64,000 nucleotides of DNA from Fidelibacterota bacterium. GTDB lineage: Bacteria; Fidelibacterota; Marinisomatia; Marinisomatales; JAHJCW01. This document shows, in pieces, positions 38,556 through 49,033 of the stretch. The translations under genes and the position numbers were made by a program. The notes below the pieces were generated by a model. The model did no database searches and had not been told where the DNA came from. It was given only the letters and a program-made list of their open reading frames with translations. The stretch is taken from the NCBI GenBank assembly GCA_042564205.1, contig JBHPLN010000002.1:48454-112453 (forward strand), given 5' to 3'. Positions within the stretch are counted from its first letter, which is position 1, and the number at the start of each line of letters is the position of its first letter.

Positions 38556-39176
38556 TTAAGCATCCAAACCGCCAAATTTTCTCCGGAATTTATAATATGC
38601 GCGATGTAGTAAAGTTCTATCCTTGGGTTTTTTCCCTATATCAACTTTTTTATTAAAATGAGGAAATTTACTTTTTAGTATTTTTTTATTTAGAAATGGG
38701 CACAGCTTTTCCCAACCCTCGCCGCGAGAAAAGTCCATTATCAATAAATCATCAGGCCGATCTTTAAAATATTCCCGAACTTCCTGATTATGATCTTCAT
38801 AACGTTTAATCCAGAGCGCTTCGTTGCCTTTTGGAAAGCCAATTCCATAAATCCATTTGTGTAATGGACTGGAGGAGGTACTAAAATGATCAACGGTACT
38901 AATTATCCATTGTTCAGTTGGTCGTTCAGTTAAAATAAATTTGTTACCGGGGAATTTCTGATCCATTTCTTTGTAAATAATTGGCCAGGGATTGTCTTGA
39001 AAAGCGTCATATCTATTTACGTATGATTCAGCTTGTTTATATACATTATATTTTATGTCAGGGTCATCTACACCAAAATAACCCATGACTTTATATCCGA
39101 GATATGTCAGTGCTACTGAAAGAGAAGAAGTGCCTGTTTTATGAAAACCAATACCAAAAACTTTTATATCATGCAT
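38556..39176 (-). CDS. Sulfotransferase-family protein
   Basis: The N-terminal PAPS-binding 5'-PSB loop is FGIGFHKTGTSSL. 206 aa. Confidence 0.7.
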   Translation of the reverse strand: MHDIKVFGIGFHKTGTSSLSVALTYLGYKVMGYFGVDDPDIKYNVYKQAESYVNRYDAFQDNPWPIIYKEMDQKFPGNKFILTERPTEQWIISTVDHFSTSSSPLHKWIYGIGFPKGNEALWIKRYEDHNQEVREYFKDRPDDLLIMDFSRGEGWEKLCPFLNKKILKSKFPHFNKKVDIGKKPKDRTLLHRAYYKFRRKFGGLDA

Positions 39177-39186
39177 AGGAATAGTA

Positions 39187-40299
39187 TTATTCCTGTATCT
39201 TTCTAATAATTGTATCGTTTAGTGCCATATGCTCTTTGTGGAGTTGGCTATGAATTTCTCCAGCTTTTACCTTTTTTATAAATTCACTTAATTTATCGAG
39301 ATCACCTTCCCAATAGTGAGGATAATTATTACGAAAATTTTCTATTACCTTGTGTGGATTGTAGTTTCTTTTTATTCTAATAATTTCATTTTTCAGTAAT
39401 TCTTTTTCATTATTATAAATTATAAAATTAGAAGACAAATTTTCCTCCCATGGCAAATAAATATCTTTGATGTAGTGTGAACCGGCCCAATGCTCATATG
39501 GCGAAAAAATATAAGAGCCACACGCCTGTAATTCACAAATAGGCAATCCAAAACTTTCTCGATGGGCAAGAAAACAAATCGCTGTTTTTCTATAGATACT
39601 TCTTATCTCATCCAGTGTATATTTGCGATCAAGAATCAAGTAATCAGTATTTGTCTCTTCCAGGGCTTCTATCTGAATTTTTCTTTCAGGGAGAAAATTC
39701 TTTCTTTCGAAATCGAGTAATGCAATAAATTTCTCATTTTGTTCAGAAAAAAGCGTTCCATCGTTTAGGTCAGCACCAATCACAGAACAGGGATGAGCTG
39801 CTTTCGGCATAGGAAATTCATTTACTACTGAAAGCATTAAATAGTAATCGTAACGTTCCAATCCATAACCTATCCCTGGTAAAATATTGTGGACTGGATT
39901 ACCATTTAATATCCAATCAATCCATGGTCCGCGTGTTCCTAAGTAATGAAGGTCGTAGTTTACTATTGGAGTGTTTAAATTTTTTCTAATAATGTCTAGG
40001 TTTTGCATATAGGTTTTAAGAAAGGAACTGGGCATATTAATTACAGCTACTATAATGTCATATTTTTTTAGCTTTCTACAAAACACAGTTTTGCAATATG
40101 TTTCTTTAATAATCTTTTTTGCTAGATTAGTATAATTTATTTTACCTGTAGCAGTACGATGGTTCGGATTGGTGAGCCACTTATGACCATCATATAAAAC
40201 ATCGGAATCCACATTCAATTTACTTAGCATAGAATGCAAACCCCGTGCAAGCGGGTTAATAAAATCGGTTTTATTATTTGCAAGTATGGCAATTTTCAA
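39187..40299 (-). CDS. Putative GT-B glycosyltransferase (GT1/GT4-like C-terminal half)
   Basis: AICFLAHRESFGLPICELQACGSYIFSP resembles the E-x-F-G...E-A-x-A-x-G-x-P motif. Confidence 0.5.
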   Translation of the reverse strand: MKIAILANNKTDFINPLARGLHSMLSKLNVDSDVLYDGHKWLTNPNHRTATGKINYTNLAKKIIKETYCKTVFCRKLKKYDIIVAVINMPSSFLKTYMQNLDIIRKNLNTPIVNYDLHYLGTRGPWIDWILNGNPVHNILPGIGYGLERYDYYLMLSVVNEFPMPKAAHPCSVIGADLNDGTLFSEQNEKFIALLDFERKNFLPERKIQIEALEETNTDYLILDRKYTLDEIRSIYRKTAICFLAHRESFGLPICELQACGSYIFSPYEHWAGSHYIKDIYLPWEENLSSNFIIYNNEKELLKNEIIRIKRNYNPHKVIENFRNNYPHYWEGDLDKLSEFIKKVKAGEIHSQLHKEHMALNDTIIRKIQE

Positions 40300-40367
40300 T
40301 TGAGGGTCTCTACTTTCTAAGTAAATTATCCAATAACTGGTTTATATAGTTAGATGGAGTATAATAG

Positions 40368-41900
40368 TCATTGGGAGTCAATTCTCCTTTCAGCAAAATA
40401 GACGTTATCACCGTAATGATGATTGATATCGAAATTTTTAGTGGCATTTTGGAAATTATTTGTGCACCCCATCCTTACCCAGTCGTGTAAATCTATTATG
40501 ATTGTCTTGGTATAATCTATCCAGTGCGAGGCATCTTCAAAAACTTCTTTCTCTGATCCCACTATATTGATTTTTAGTAGATCTATGCTCGCCAGGTTAT
40601 ACTTACGGATAATACTATCAATTGTTACACCTCGCACCATTTCTAAAATATCAACTGCATTTATATTGCTTTTCTCTAGTGTCTGAAATCCCCAATTGCC
40701 AAAGCCAGGAACAAGCGCAAGTGAGGTATTCTTTTTCCATAAAGCGACTTTTACTGGTATTATATTTTCGTAGTTAGCAGTATTTATTTTTAGAAGATTA
40801 AAATTCGATTCTTCAGGTTCCAATGCAATAATTTTGGCCTCTGGATAATGGTTTGCAAAATAAATAGAAGTCAATCCAATATTAGCACCGGCATCAATTA
40901 TTAGGCGAGGGTAATCATTAATTTTACATCTGTAAGTATGCTTTTTAAACACACGCTTAAAAACCTCGATATCTGTGGTTAAAAGTCTAAGACTTACAGG
41001 GTGTTTGATATCTGGGATACTAATGTTCGTATAAGTTTGATTTTTAATAAACTTACGCTTTGTAAGAAAATAAATTCCTTTATATCCAAATAACTTGTAG
41101 TAGTATTTCAAGTTATTAATTCGACCTATATTAAATTTTTTAAATAATTCCAACTTCACTTTTATCTTTTCTACCAAATATGAGAAATCTTGTACGGTTG
41201 ATGGCTCAAGTAGTTTATAACCCCAATAGTGCAATGCACCTATATCATCTTTAAAGACATCATTAATTTCAAGAAAACTTTTTCTTGAAAGATTCCTAAT
41301 ATTTTTATCATTTAAATTTGTAATAACACGCTCAACAAGTCCATCAATCGATTGCAGTTTAAACGTTTTATGATAGTTTAACTCCCCTATTTCTGGTATA
41401 AATCGTTTAATTTTCTCACATATAATTTTTGTATTCTCAGCAAGCTCTTCGTATGTAAATGATATACAGCGGGGTAGATTATTGACATTATCAATTTGCT
41501 TTCTGAGATTTTTCAAAGTAAATATGGCCGATTCTTTTGCATCCCATCCATAGTGTCTCATTAAGCTCTCACAATTGGCATAAGGATTTCTAACCATAAT
41601 TACTGAATATAAAGGCTTAAAATATTTCACAATATCATGAGTTCTGATCAAATTAGCTGGACTTTTCTCTAATAATAGTGGTTTGGTGGGATCCCAATAC
41701 CGTAACCATACATTCTTGATGGTTTCCCAAGGAAGATCATAATTAGGATTCCACGGATCAAAACGCATCCTATTTCTAACTTCTGGAAGAAATTGGCCCT
41801 CCGTGACGAATGAAGAAATATTATCCGATGTGGACATCAATTCCCACAGAAGGGTTGATCCTGAATAAGGCGGAGAAAAAATAAAAACAAAAGCACTCAT
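40368..41900 (-). CDS. Fusion protein: N-terminal sulfotransferase plus C-terminal FkbM-family methyltransferase
   Basis: FIFSPPYSGSTLLWEL (5'-PSB loop) and VIMVRNPYANCES (3'-PB-like) in the N-terminal half. RLIIDAGANIGLTSIYFANHYPEAKIIALEPEESNF (FkbM motif) in the C-terminal half. Confidence 0.65.
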   Translation of the reverse strand: MSAFVFIFSPPYSGSTLLWELMSTSDNISSFVTEGQFLPEVRNRMRFDPWNPNYDLPWETIKNVWLRYWDPTKPLLLEKSPANLIRTHDIVKYFKPLYSVIMVRNPYANCESLMRHYGWDAKESAIFTLKNLRKQIDNVNNLPRCISFTYEELAENTKIICEKIKRFIPEIGELNYHKTFKLQSIDGLVERVITNLNDKNIRNLSRKSFLEINDVFKDDIGALHYWGYKLLEPSTVQDFSYLVEKIKVKLELFKKFNIGRINNLKYYYKLFGYKGIYFLTKRKFIKNQTYTNISIPDIKHPVSLRLLTTDIEVFKRVFKKHTYRCKINDYPRLIIDAGANIGLTSIYFANHYPEAKIIALEPEESNFNLLKINTANYENIIPVKVALWKKNTSLALVPGFGNWGFQTLEKSNINAVDILEMVRGVTIDSIIRKYNLASIDLLKINIVGSEKEVFEDASHWIDYTKTIIIDLHDWVRMGCTNNFQNATKNFDINHHYGDNVYFAERRIDSQ

Positions 41901-42345
41901 GTTTTCTGGGTTTCTATTCTGGCAAACTTATAATTATACCTATAATAAAAAGTACTATTATGGGTTTTTATTCCTCATGAAGTTTACCAAGTAAGGAGTA
42001 GAATTAGGGACTATTTTATTTCTAGATATCAAAGAAAGCATCACTAATCTTTCCATTTGAGATTTTTCCACTTGTGCTCCCAAATGTTTAACAAAAGGCT
42101 CTATTAGGAATAGAAAGAAATCAATTCGACAAAAATGATCACTTATTTAATACGTAGTTATTATATAGCCGAATTTATTTTTCATCTTTTGGGCAAATAT
42201 TTGTCTTTTGAGTGGGTTGTTTTATGATTTTCATTACCTTATATTTACAATTAATTCCGCTCTTAGATGGCATTACATGTCATAAACACGTTATGTAGTT
42301 GAGAAACGGTGGGTTATCACTATAAATAGAATACTCCTTATTGTA

Positions 42346-45300
42346 TTGGTCATTACCCTACACCTTTTACCGGGGCAAAATTCCTCGATTGTAATATCTG
42401 AAATTATGACATCGAATGCGGCTTCAGTTTTAGACCCAAAATTCAGAAATTTTTCCGACTGGATTGAGATTAAAAATGCTGGTATTGCTCCGATTAATTT
42501 AAACGGATATTCAATTTCTGACGATTTGCTCAATCCTCAAAAATGGATCGTCACGATTAATAAAATAATTAAACCAGGACAATATGCGATTATTTGGTTT
42601 GATGAAGAAAACAATGAGTTGCATACCAACTTTACTCTTAAAAAATCTAACGGAATCTTAGCGGTATTTGATACCGAACAGGTACCAATAGATTCGATTA
42701 GTTATCCCGAACAACTGACTGACATTGCTTACGGAAGGAACCCGGATGATCCTAGCCAGTGGCAGTATTATTCATCCCCGACTCCAGGACAAGCCAATGG
42801 CAATGATGGCATTATGGAAATCCAGCAATTGACACCACCCGACTTTTCCCGGTCAGGTGGTTTTTATGATGCAGAATTTTTCTTAGAGTTAACTACCGAT
42901 GAACCCAATGCCGTTATCCGCTATACTCTAGACGGTTCGATGCCGGATTCAAGTTCAATGATATATTCAGATCCAATTTTTATTAAAAGTAGAATTGGTG
43001 ATCCTAACATAATTTCTGAAATCCCAACCGGAAGGCTTAACGATGGCCATTTTTTCCCCGGTTGGAATCCGCCTGACGGTGAAGTATTTAAGGCAAATGT
43101 CGTTCGTGCCCGCACTTTTCAAACGGGGGATATTCCCAGCACAACTGTTACAAACACCTATTTCGTAGATACTGAAATTCACGAACGCTATGCAACAATA
43201 CCGGTTATTTCATTGGTTACCGATAACGAACATTTATTCGATGAAAAAAATGGTATTTATGTAGTGGGTACAAATGCTGATACCATAGATATTATCCCTG
43301 GAATATCAAATACATCTGCTTCTGATAGCATTAAAATATATGCCAATTATGACATGCCCTGGGAACGGCCGTCACATATTGAATTCTATGAAACTAACGG
43401 TGATTTGGGATTTGCAATGGATATTGGGGCAAGAATCGCAGGTTATCATAGTCCGCGTAGCCCACAAAAGGGATTGCATATTATCGCCCGTACGAAATAT
43501 GGAAAAGATCGAATAAACTATCGACTCTTTCCAGATGGCAGGACAGATGCTAAAAATCTGAATGAATTTAAAAGATTCACAATTAGATCCTGGGGTCAGA
43601 GCAGAAAATTCGCGTTAATTCAGGATGCATTTTCACAAATGGCGTATAGCAAATCAGGACTTGATTTGCAGGACTACCGTCCGGCTATTGTTTTTATTAA
43701 TGGTGAGTACTGGGGACTTCATGAAATTCGAGAAAACAATAAAAATTCATGGTATTACCAATCCCATTATGGTATTGATAGAGATAATCCCGGATATGAC
43801 ATTCTCCAGTTCAGGGGAAATTTTATATTGGAAGGGGATGGACAGCATTGGAATGATATGATGAGTTTTCTATCGACTCATGATTTGAGCAAAGCTAATA
43901 ACTACAAATATCTTGCGAGTCTAATTGACATCGACAATTTCATCGATTATGTCGGTCATTGTGTGTACAGTGGTAAACGTGACTGGCCAGGTAGCAACGA
44001 AGCTGCATGGAGACCCAGGACAATTGGTGGACGCTGGTGCTGGATTCAATATGACATGGATGTTTGCTTCTCGCACTGGTGGGGTGGTTATAGTGCCAAT
44101 ATGGTCGACCAAGTTTTACATGGATTTAACCAATATGAACCACATACAATACTAGTAAGACTCCTAGAAAATATTGAGGTTAGAAATAAATTTATACAAT
44201 GGTTTGCAGATCGGATTAATATGGAATTCAAACCAGAAGTTTTAGAAAATTATCTTGACGATGTAGTGGCGGAGATCGAACCATACTTACCCGAATATCA
44301 AGCGCGCTGGCAGCTAAATTACAATTGGTACTCGGAAATTGACGCAATAAGATCTTTCATTCGAAAGAGACCAGAATTCATAATTAATCAATTAAGTAAT
44401 GAATTCAATTTAACAGGGATGGCAGAGCTAGAATTAGGAATCGAGCATTCTGATAATAATGTAGTCAAAATAAATACACTGAGTGTTACTGAGAATTTAT
44501 TATCTGACAGTACGGAAAGTTGGAGCGGTAACTATTTTAAAGAGATCCCATTCACAATAGTAGCCCTACCTGCAGATGGGTATGAATTTGTTGGCTGGGA
44601 ATGCGTTACAACCGGTAAACAAGCTATTAATGACACCATTTCATTCGTTCTTCTTGAAGATACAAAACTTATAGCAAGATTCAGACCCAAAGAGGAAATC
44701 ACTGGTGTTGTTATTAATGAATTTTCAGCCAATAATCAAAAAACCATTTTTGATGAGTTTAACGAATTCGACGACTGGATAGAACTGTACAATGCCGGTG
44801 ATGATACAATAGATATGGGCGGGATTTATATCACTGATGATCTAAATGAGTTAACCAAATGGGAAATACCTAGCGAAGATTATCAACAAACATTCATACC
44901 ACCGGGGAAACACCTTTTATTGTGGGCAGACAACGATCCAGACCAGGGACCATTGCACTTGGATTTTCGATTGAATAATGCTGGAGAACAGATAGGATTA
45001 ATTCAAATTTGCGGAATTGATACTATGGTACTGGATACAATAACATTTCAGTTGCAAAGCCCGGATCTATCATATGGACGTTATCCTGATGGATCAGAAA
45101 AATGGGCGTTCTTCACTGTTCCAACTCCGGGCGTAACAAATAATAACACCAGGACAGTCATTACCCCTGGTAATAATTATCTTGGCCAGAATTTCCCCAA
45201 TCCATTTCAATTCACGACTACGATCCAGTTCTATATTGCAGATACCGAAGAAGTAACGTTAGATATTGTTGATTTATTGGGGTGTAAAATCAAATCACTG

Positions 45301-45447
45301 ATTAATAAAAAATTAGCCCAAGGATTTTACTCAATTAATTGGGATGGAAAAATTTCCGAGGGGAACGACGCTCCTAGCGGGATATATTTTGTTACTCTGC
45401 AAGCTGGGAAGTTTAGAAAATCCAAGAAATTATTAGTGCTTAAATAA
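42346..45447 (+). CDS. CotH-kinase-family protein with LTDs and a T9SS tail (paralogue 2); start codon uncertain
   Basis: Collinear with 31520..34615 (IVISEIMTSNA...FSDWIEIKNAG; VIRYTLDGSMPD; PQKGLHIIARTKYG; INGEYWGLHEIRENNKN; VVINEFSANN...DDWIELYNAG; GQNFPNPFQFTTTIQFY...GIYFVTL). See the finding on the missing signal-peptide start. Confidence 0.8.
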   Translation: MVITLHLLPGQNSSIVISEIMTSNAASVLDPKFRNFSDWIEIKNAGIAPINLNGYSISDDLLNPQKWIVTINKIIKPGQYAIIWFDEENNELHTNFTLKKSNGILAVFDTEQVPIDSISYPEQLTDIAYGRNPDDPSQWQYYSSPTPGQANGNDGIMEIQQLTPPDFSRSGGFYDAEFFLELTTDEPNAVIRYTLDGSMPDSSSMIYSDPIFIKSRIGDPNIISEIPTGRLNDGHFFPGWNPPDGEVFKANVVRARTFQTGDIPSTTVTNTYFVDTEIHERYATIPVISLVTDNEHLFDEKNGIYVVGTNADTIDIIPGISNTSASDSIKIYANYDMPWERPSHIEFYETNGDLGFAMDIGARIAGYHSPRSPQKGLHIIARTKYGKDRINYRLFPDGRTDAKNLNEFKRFTIRSWGQSRKFALIQDAFSQMAYSKSGLDLQDYRPAIVFINGEYWGLHEIRENNKNSWYYQSHYGIDRDNPGYDILQFRGNFILEGDGQHWNDMMSFLSTHDLSKANNYKYLASLIDIDNFIDYVGHCVYSGKRDWPGSNEAAWRPRTIGGRWCWIQYDMDVCFSHWWGGYSANMVDQVLHGFNQYEPHTILVRLLENIEVRNKFIQWFADRINMEFKPEVLENYLDDVVAEIEPYLPEYQARWQLNYNWYSEIDAIRSFIRKRPEFIINQLSNEFNLTGMAELELGIEHSDNNVVKINTLSVTENLLSDSTESWSGNYFKEIPFTIVALPADGYEFVGWECVTTGKQAINDTISFVLLEDTKLIARFRPKEEITGVVINEFSANNQKTIFDEFNEFDDWIELYNAGDDTIDMGGIYITDDLNELTKWEIPSEDYQQTFIPPGKHLLLWADNDPDQGPLHLDFRLNNAGEQIGLIQICGIDTMVLDTITFQLQSPDLSYGRYPDGSEKWAFFTVPTPGVTNNNTRTVITPGNNYLGQNFPNPFQFTTTIQFYIADTEEVTLDIVDLLGCKIKSLINKKLAQGFYSINWDGKISEGNDAPSGIYFVTLQAGKFRKSKKLLVLK

Positions 45448-45465
45448 ATCAAATGTGATATTCTG

Positions 45466-45520
45466 ATTTTTCGAAGGTTTTCTGAATTCAGTTAATTTTA
45501 AAAGTGGAGTGGTGTTGGAG
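45466..45520 (+). repeat. Intergenic repeat family, copy K
   Basis: atttttcgaaggttttctgaattcagttaattttaaaagtggagtggtgttggag, starting 19 nt after the CotH-2 stop codon. Confidence 0.55.
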
Positions 45521-45618
45521 TTGCAACGGGGATGCTTATTACTGTAGAAATATATTTGTTTTATTTAATAACATAAATACAATAACAGCGCACATTTTTT
45601 AACGTTCAGGAGAAATCA

Positions 45619-46068
45619 ATGCCTAATGCAACAACACGTCGGTATATAATAGCCCTTTTTTTTATCACGGCAATTATCGGGTGCGAAAACCAATCAAATA
45701 AATCTAACAACAATAATAAAGTAGATATGCCTACAAAGTATGATTGGCAGTTGGTATCGGAAGTCGGAGGGAATGATGTAACTAATACTAAATTCATATA
45801 TGTTGAGCCAACCGCGTTTACCGATGAAGATTTCATAAAAGCCATAATTAAATATATTCGTATGGATAATAATTATAACTATTTACTTTTCTTCGACAAT
45901 AAACAATTAACTCCATTGAACCTCCCTTTGACAGATGAACAGATGCTGCATTTCAGGGCACGCTATGCCTACAATCCATCTTCTAATTTTGAAGAGTTCG
46001 CTTATTATGAAGTAATTATTGAAGCCAGTTCACCGCCCACCATGAAAAAGATTGTGAAGGAATATTAG
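45619..46068 (+). CDS. Hypothetical lipoprotein
   Basis: Lipobox ITAIIGC. AGGAG lies upstream of the ATG. Confidence 0.5.
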   Translation: MPNATTRRYIIALFFITAIIGCENQSNKSNNNNKVDMPTKYDWQLVSEVGGNDVTNTKFIYVEPTAFTDEDFIKAIIKYIRMDNNYNYLLFFDNKQLTPLNLPLTDEQMLHFRARYAYNPSSNFEEFAYYEVIIEASSPPTMKKIVKEY

Positions 46069-46132
46069 ATGCTACTGAAGAATTATATTGTAATATGAAG
46101 CTAAAATGTGAGCATCAGATGGTCATTACATT

Positions 46133-46183
46133 GCCATTTATTCAACGGTTTTTCTGATTATTATTTGGAAATACCAGTTAGGA
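46133..46183 (+). repeat. Intergenic repeat family, copy A
   Basis: gccatttattcaacggtttttctgattattatttggaaataccagttagga, between convergent genes. Confidence 0.6.
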
Positions 46184-46245
46184 TAAAATGGATCTATAAT
46201 ATTACAGTTCTTTTAGAGAAAATTCAGTATTTCGAAATTTATGTA

Positions 46246-46980
46246 CTAGCTCAATAAATATTCCTCTTCAATATACTTATACCAACCCAATTCAAATTCC
46301 AGTACAGTTATTCCCAGTGTAGTCGCAATATCACCATTGTTTTCTACTAATTCTATTACGGTATTCATTCCCCATGTATTTATGACATATTCTAGAAGTA
46401 CATATCCGAGGCTATAGATAAAATGATTACTACTGTTATAATCTGTGTTTAATTCCTGAAGAGTTGGATAATCACCCGAAACCATATAAGGTAGGATTAT
46501 AGGATCAACAAATTCACGGGTTTCATAGAGCGCAACAGCCTCCCAGAGCCATCTTGGATTATTAGGAATTGTGTTATTAATCTGCATGGAAACCACATGG
46601 GCAAACTCATGTATCGCGGTTAAAGGCGCTTGATTCGTAAAATAAATTCGAATTTCTTCAGTACTTATTATATAACCAGTGGCTCCTGTATAGCGGGTAC
46701 CAATGTCAGCTTCCATCGCATTTAAAAACTCGACATAATCCGCCCAAATTTTTACTACCACTAATGGCATTCTCTGAACTTGAAGATCATCAATGATTCT
46801 TATGTAATTCTCTTCGAGTGCACGATTAATATCAGAAATATTTGATACAATCAAGCCATCATATAACACAAAATCGGAATGCACAGTTTCAACAATTTCA
46901 TTGTATTTCGTCTGATTGTTACACGAATGCAAACATAAGAACAATAATGTGATTGTCAGTAAATATATTGACTTAATCAT
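46246..46980 (-). CDS. Putative secreted zinc metallopeptidase (HExxH)
   Basis: Signal/lipobox LFLCLHSC. AIHEFAHVV (HExxH), with a downstream WEAVALYE glutamate. Confidence 0.5.
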   Translation of the reverse strand: MIKSIYLLTITLLFLCLHSCNNQTKYNEIVETVHSDFVLYDGLIVSNISDINRALEENYIRIIDDLQVQRMPLVVVKIWADYVEFLNAMEADIGTRYTGATGYIISTEEIRIYFTNQAPLTAIHEFAHVVSMQINNTIPNNPRWLWEAVALYETREFVDPIILPYMVSGDYPTLQELNTDYNSSNHFIYSLGYVLLEYVINTWGMNTVIELVENNGDIATTLGITVLEFELGWYKYIEEEYLLS

Positions 46981-46990
46981 TCTGAAACGA

Positions 46991-47593
46991 TTACTTATAA
47001 ATTTTTATAATTTCCCCGGTTTCACTACCTTCAACGCTCCTCACATATCCTGCGACCACTCTTGCCATTGGAATAGGTATAAAGCCGGGGAAAAACACCC
47101 GATATTTTTCATATGCATCTGCAACTAAACCAGGTGACACAACATTTATTCTGATACCATTCTCTAATTCTAGCGCCATAGCTTTTGTAAAACTATGTAT
47201 TCCACCGTTAACCATTGCCGCGCTCGTTGTCATTTTTACAGGTTTATCTGCAAAGATACCGGTTGTCAAAGTGATAGAGCCATAGGGATTTAAGTAATCT
47301 TTGCCAATTCTTACTAAATTTACTTGCCCCATTAATTTACTTGTCAAACCAATGTAAAAATCTTTCTCGGACAAATTATCAATTAATTCCCACTTCGCTT
47401 CTCCTGCCGCACATATTATTGCATTAACATTCCCAAGTGATTCAAACATCTTCAAGATTGATTTTGTATCAGTAATATCCACAAATACATCGCTATTTGT
47501 TCTACCAGCAATTATGACACTATGTTCATTTAAGAAATGATCAGATACTTTTGATCCTATGGTTCCATTACCACCAACTATTAGAATTTTCAT
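46991..47593 (-). CDS. Short-chain dehydrogenase/reductase
   Basis: MKILIVGGNGTIGSKV Rossmann motif; 200 aa; NVVSPGLV near the C-terminus. Confidence 0.75.
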   Translation of the reverse strand: MKILIVGGNGTIGSKVSDHFLNEHSVIIAGRTNSDVFVDITDTKSILKMFESLGNVNAIICAAGEAKWELIDNLSEKDFYIGLTSKLMGQVNLVRIGKDYLNPYGSITLTTGIFADKPVKMTTSAAMVNGGIHSFTKAMALELENGIRINVVSPGLVADAYEKYRVFFPGFIPIPMARVVAGYVRSVEGSETGEIIKIYK

Positions 47594-47711
47594 ATGATAT
47601 AATTTATTTATTAATATTTGATGATTATAGAAGTAAAAGTTAGTTAATGAGTTTTGGCAGGATTAATAGTGACCAGCCCCCATTGTTTGAGCAACTGTAA
47701 ATACTAATTCC

Positions 47712-48932
47712 TCATAGATTAAGATTATCAATTATCAAATTTGTTACTTGAAATCTAGTTTGAGTCCCAACGCATTGGGAAAAATAGACAAATATAATGT
47801 CTTCATCAGGGAAAGCACCCGCAGCGGTTCCACCTACTCCAGTATGTCCCATATAGGTTATGCTGTTTGTATTATTTGGATCGCTTGTAAAAAACAAAAA
47901 TCCATAAGGAAAATTTGCTGCCAAGCTTTGAGGAGAAGGCTCTAAAGCTAACAGTGCTAATTCTTGTGAAATTAATGTTTCGTCCACACCTAAGACAGCA
48001 TCCGCCCAGGCAGCAAGAAATTTTGCATAGTCAACTGTCGATGAGAAAGCTCCAGAGCTACCATAAAAAATATTAATGCCTGTTTGTTCCCCCGGCTCCC
48101 AAGTCTCTATATAATTCCCGACCGGATATGGATCACATTGATAAAATGTACTTATTATATCATTCCGATAATCGGTTACATCATACTGGCAGAACGAATG
48201 ATCCATACCAAGTAAACTGATTATATTTTGATTGATGTATATGTCGGTTCTTACTCCTGTTAAATAATTAATGATATAGGTTAGGGTTGATGCACTAGCC
48301 ATACTATATAGAAACTCTGTTCCCGGCAGGGAGTTTAAGGGTGTTATAGCAATTGTATTAATTAATTCGTCTATGGATTGAAATTGTGTTATACTACCAG
48401 TAATCCCGGGATTAGCAAAACCAGCCGTATGTTGTAATAGTTGGCGAATGGTAATATTATGTTTATCTGTACTACGAAATGCGTCAATATAGTCTGAGGC
48501 CCTATCATCCAAATTCAGCAAACCATCTTCTACCAACTGAAGAACGGCCGTTCCAGTAATCGGCTTAGTCATTGACATTATTTGGCATATTGTACCATTC
48601 TCAAATGGCGTCTCTTCATATTCATCCTTCCAACCTATACTATTATGGAAAACTGTTTGCCGATCTTTAATAATCAGCAATTCTGCCCCTGGCATTTCTC
48701 CTGCTTCAAACCAATTTTCAATTACATTCCAAATTGCATCTAAATCGGATTGATTTATACCCACTTCCTCGGGTAAAACTGGTGGAAATGCCTGAGTAGG
48801 AGTAACATTATCAGAATTATCTTTTGAGCTACTTGGATTAGAACAGGTGGCGAAGAGTACGGAAATAAGTATCATTAAACATAGGCTGTACTCATTAAAT
48901 AAATTCGATACTAATCTCTTTAAGCGGGACAT
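47712..48932 (-). CDS. Beta-lactamase-family serine hydrolase lipoprotein
   Basis: S-x-x-K motif in QIMSMTKPITG. The start is set at the internal ATG, giving MSRLKRL...LISVLFATC (lipobox). The track start at 48971 is an alternative. Confidence 0.7.
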   Translation of the reverse strand: MSRLKRLVSNLFNEYSLCLMILISVLFATCSNPSSSKDNSDNVTPTQAFPPVLPEEVGINQSDLDAIWNVIENWFEAGEMPGAELLIIKDRQTVFHNSIGWKDEYEETPFENGTICQIMSMTKPITGTAVLQLVEDGLLNLDDRASDYIDAFRSTDKHNITIRQLLQHTAGFANPGITGSITQFQSIDELINTIAITPLNSLPGTEFLYSMASASTLTYIINYLTGVRTDIYINQNIISLLGMDHSFCQYDVTDYRNDIISTFYQCDPYPVGNYIETWEPGEQTGINIFYGSSGAFSSTVDYAKFLAAWADAVLGVDETLISQELALLALEPSPQSLAANFPYGFLFFTSDPNNTNSITYMGHTGVGGTAAGAFPDEDIIFVYFSQCVGTQTRFQVTNLIIDNLNL

Positions 48933-49033
48933 ATATACCCCAATTATAATTAGATTTTGATAATTAGACATAAAATTATTATTTCAGTTGTCATTTAGCA
49001 GGGTAGTTAATCCAGTAGTGTTTAATATGCAAT

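Noticed and set aside
41901-42345. A possible decayed gene in the 445-bp spacer upstream of CotH-2 (minus-strand frame ..HLGAQVEKSQMERLVMLSLISRNKIVPNSTPYLVNFMRNK).
   Set aside because: It is less than 60 codons, has no recognisable motif, and cannot be supported without a database search.
47650-47690. A possible inverted-orientation fragment of the repeat family (ccagcccccattgtttgagcaac).
   Set aside because: Only about 11 of 18 positions match the reverse complement of copy E. That is too short and too weak.
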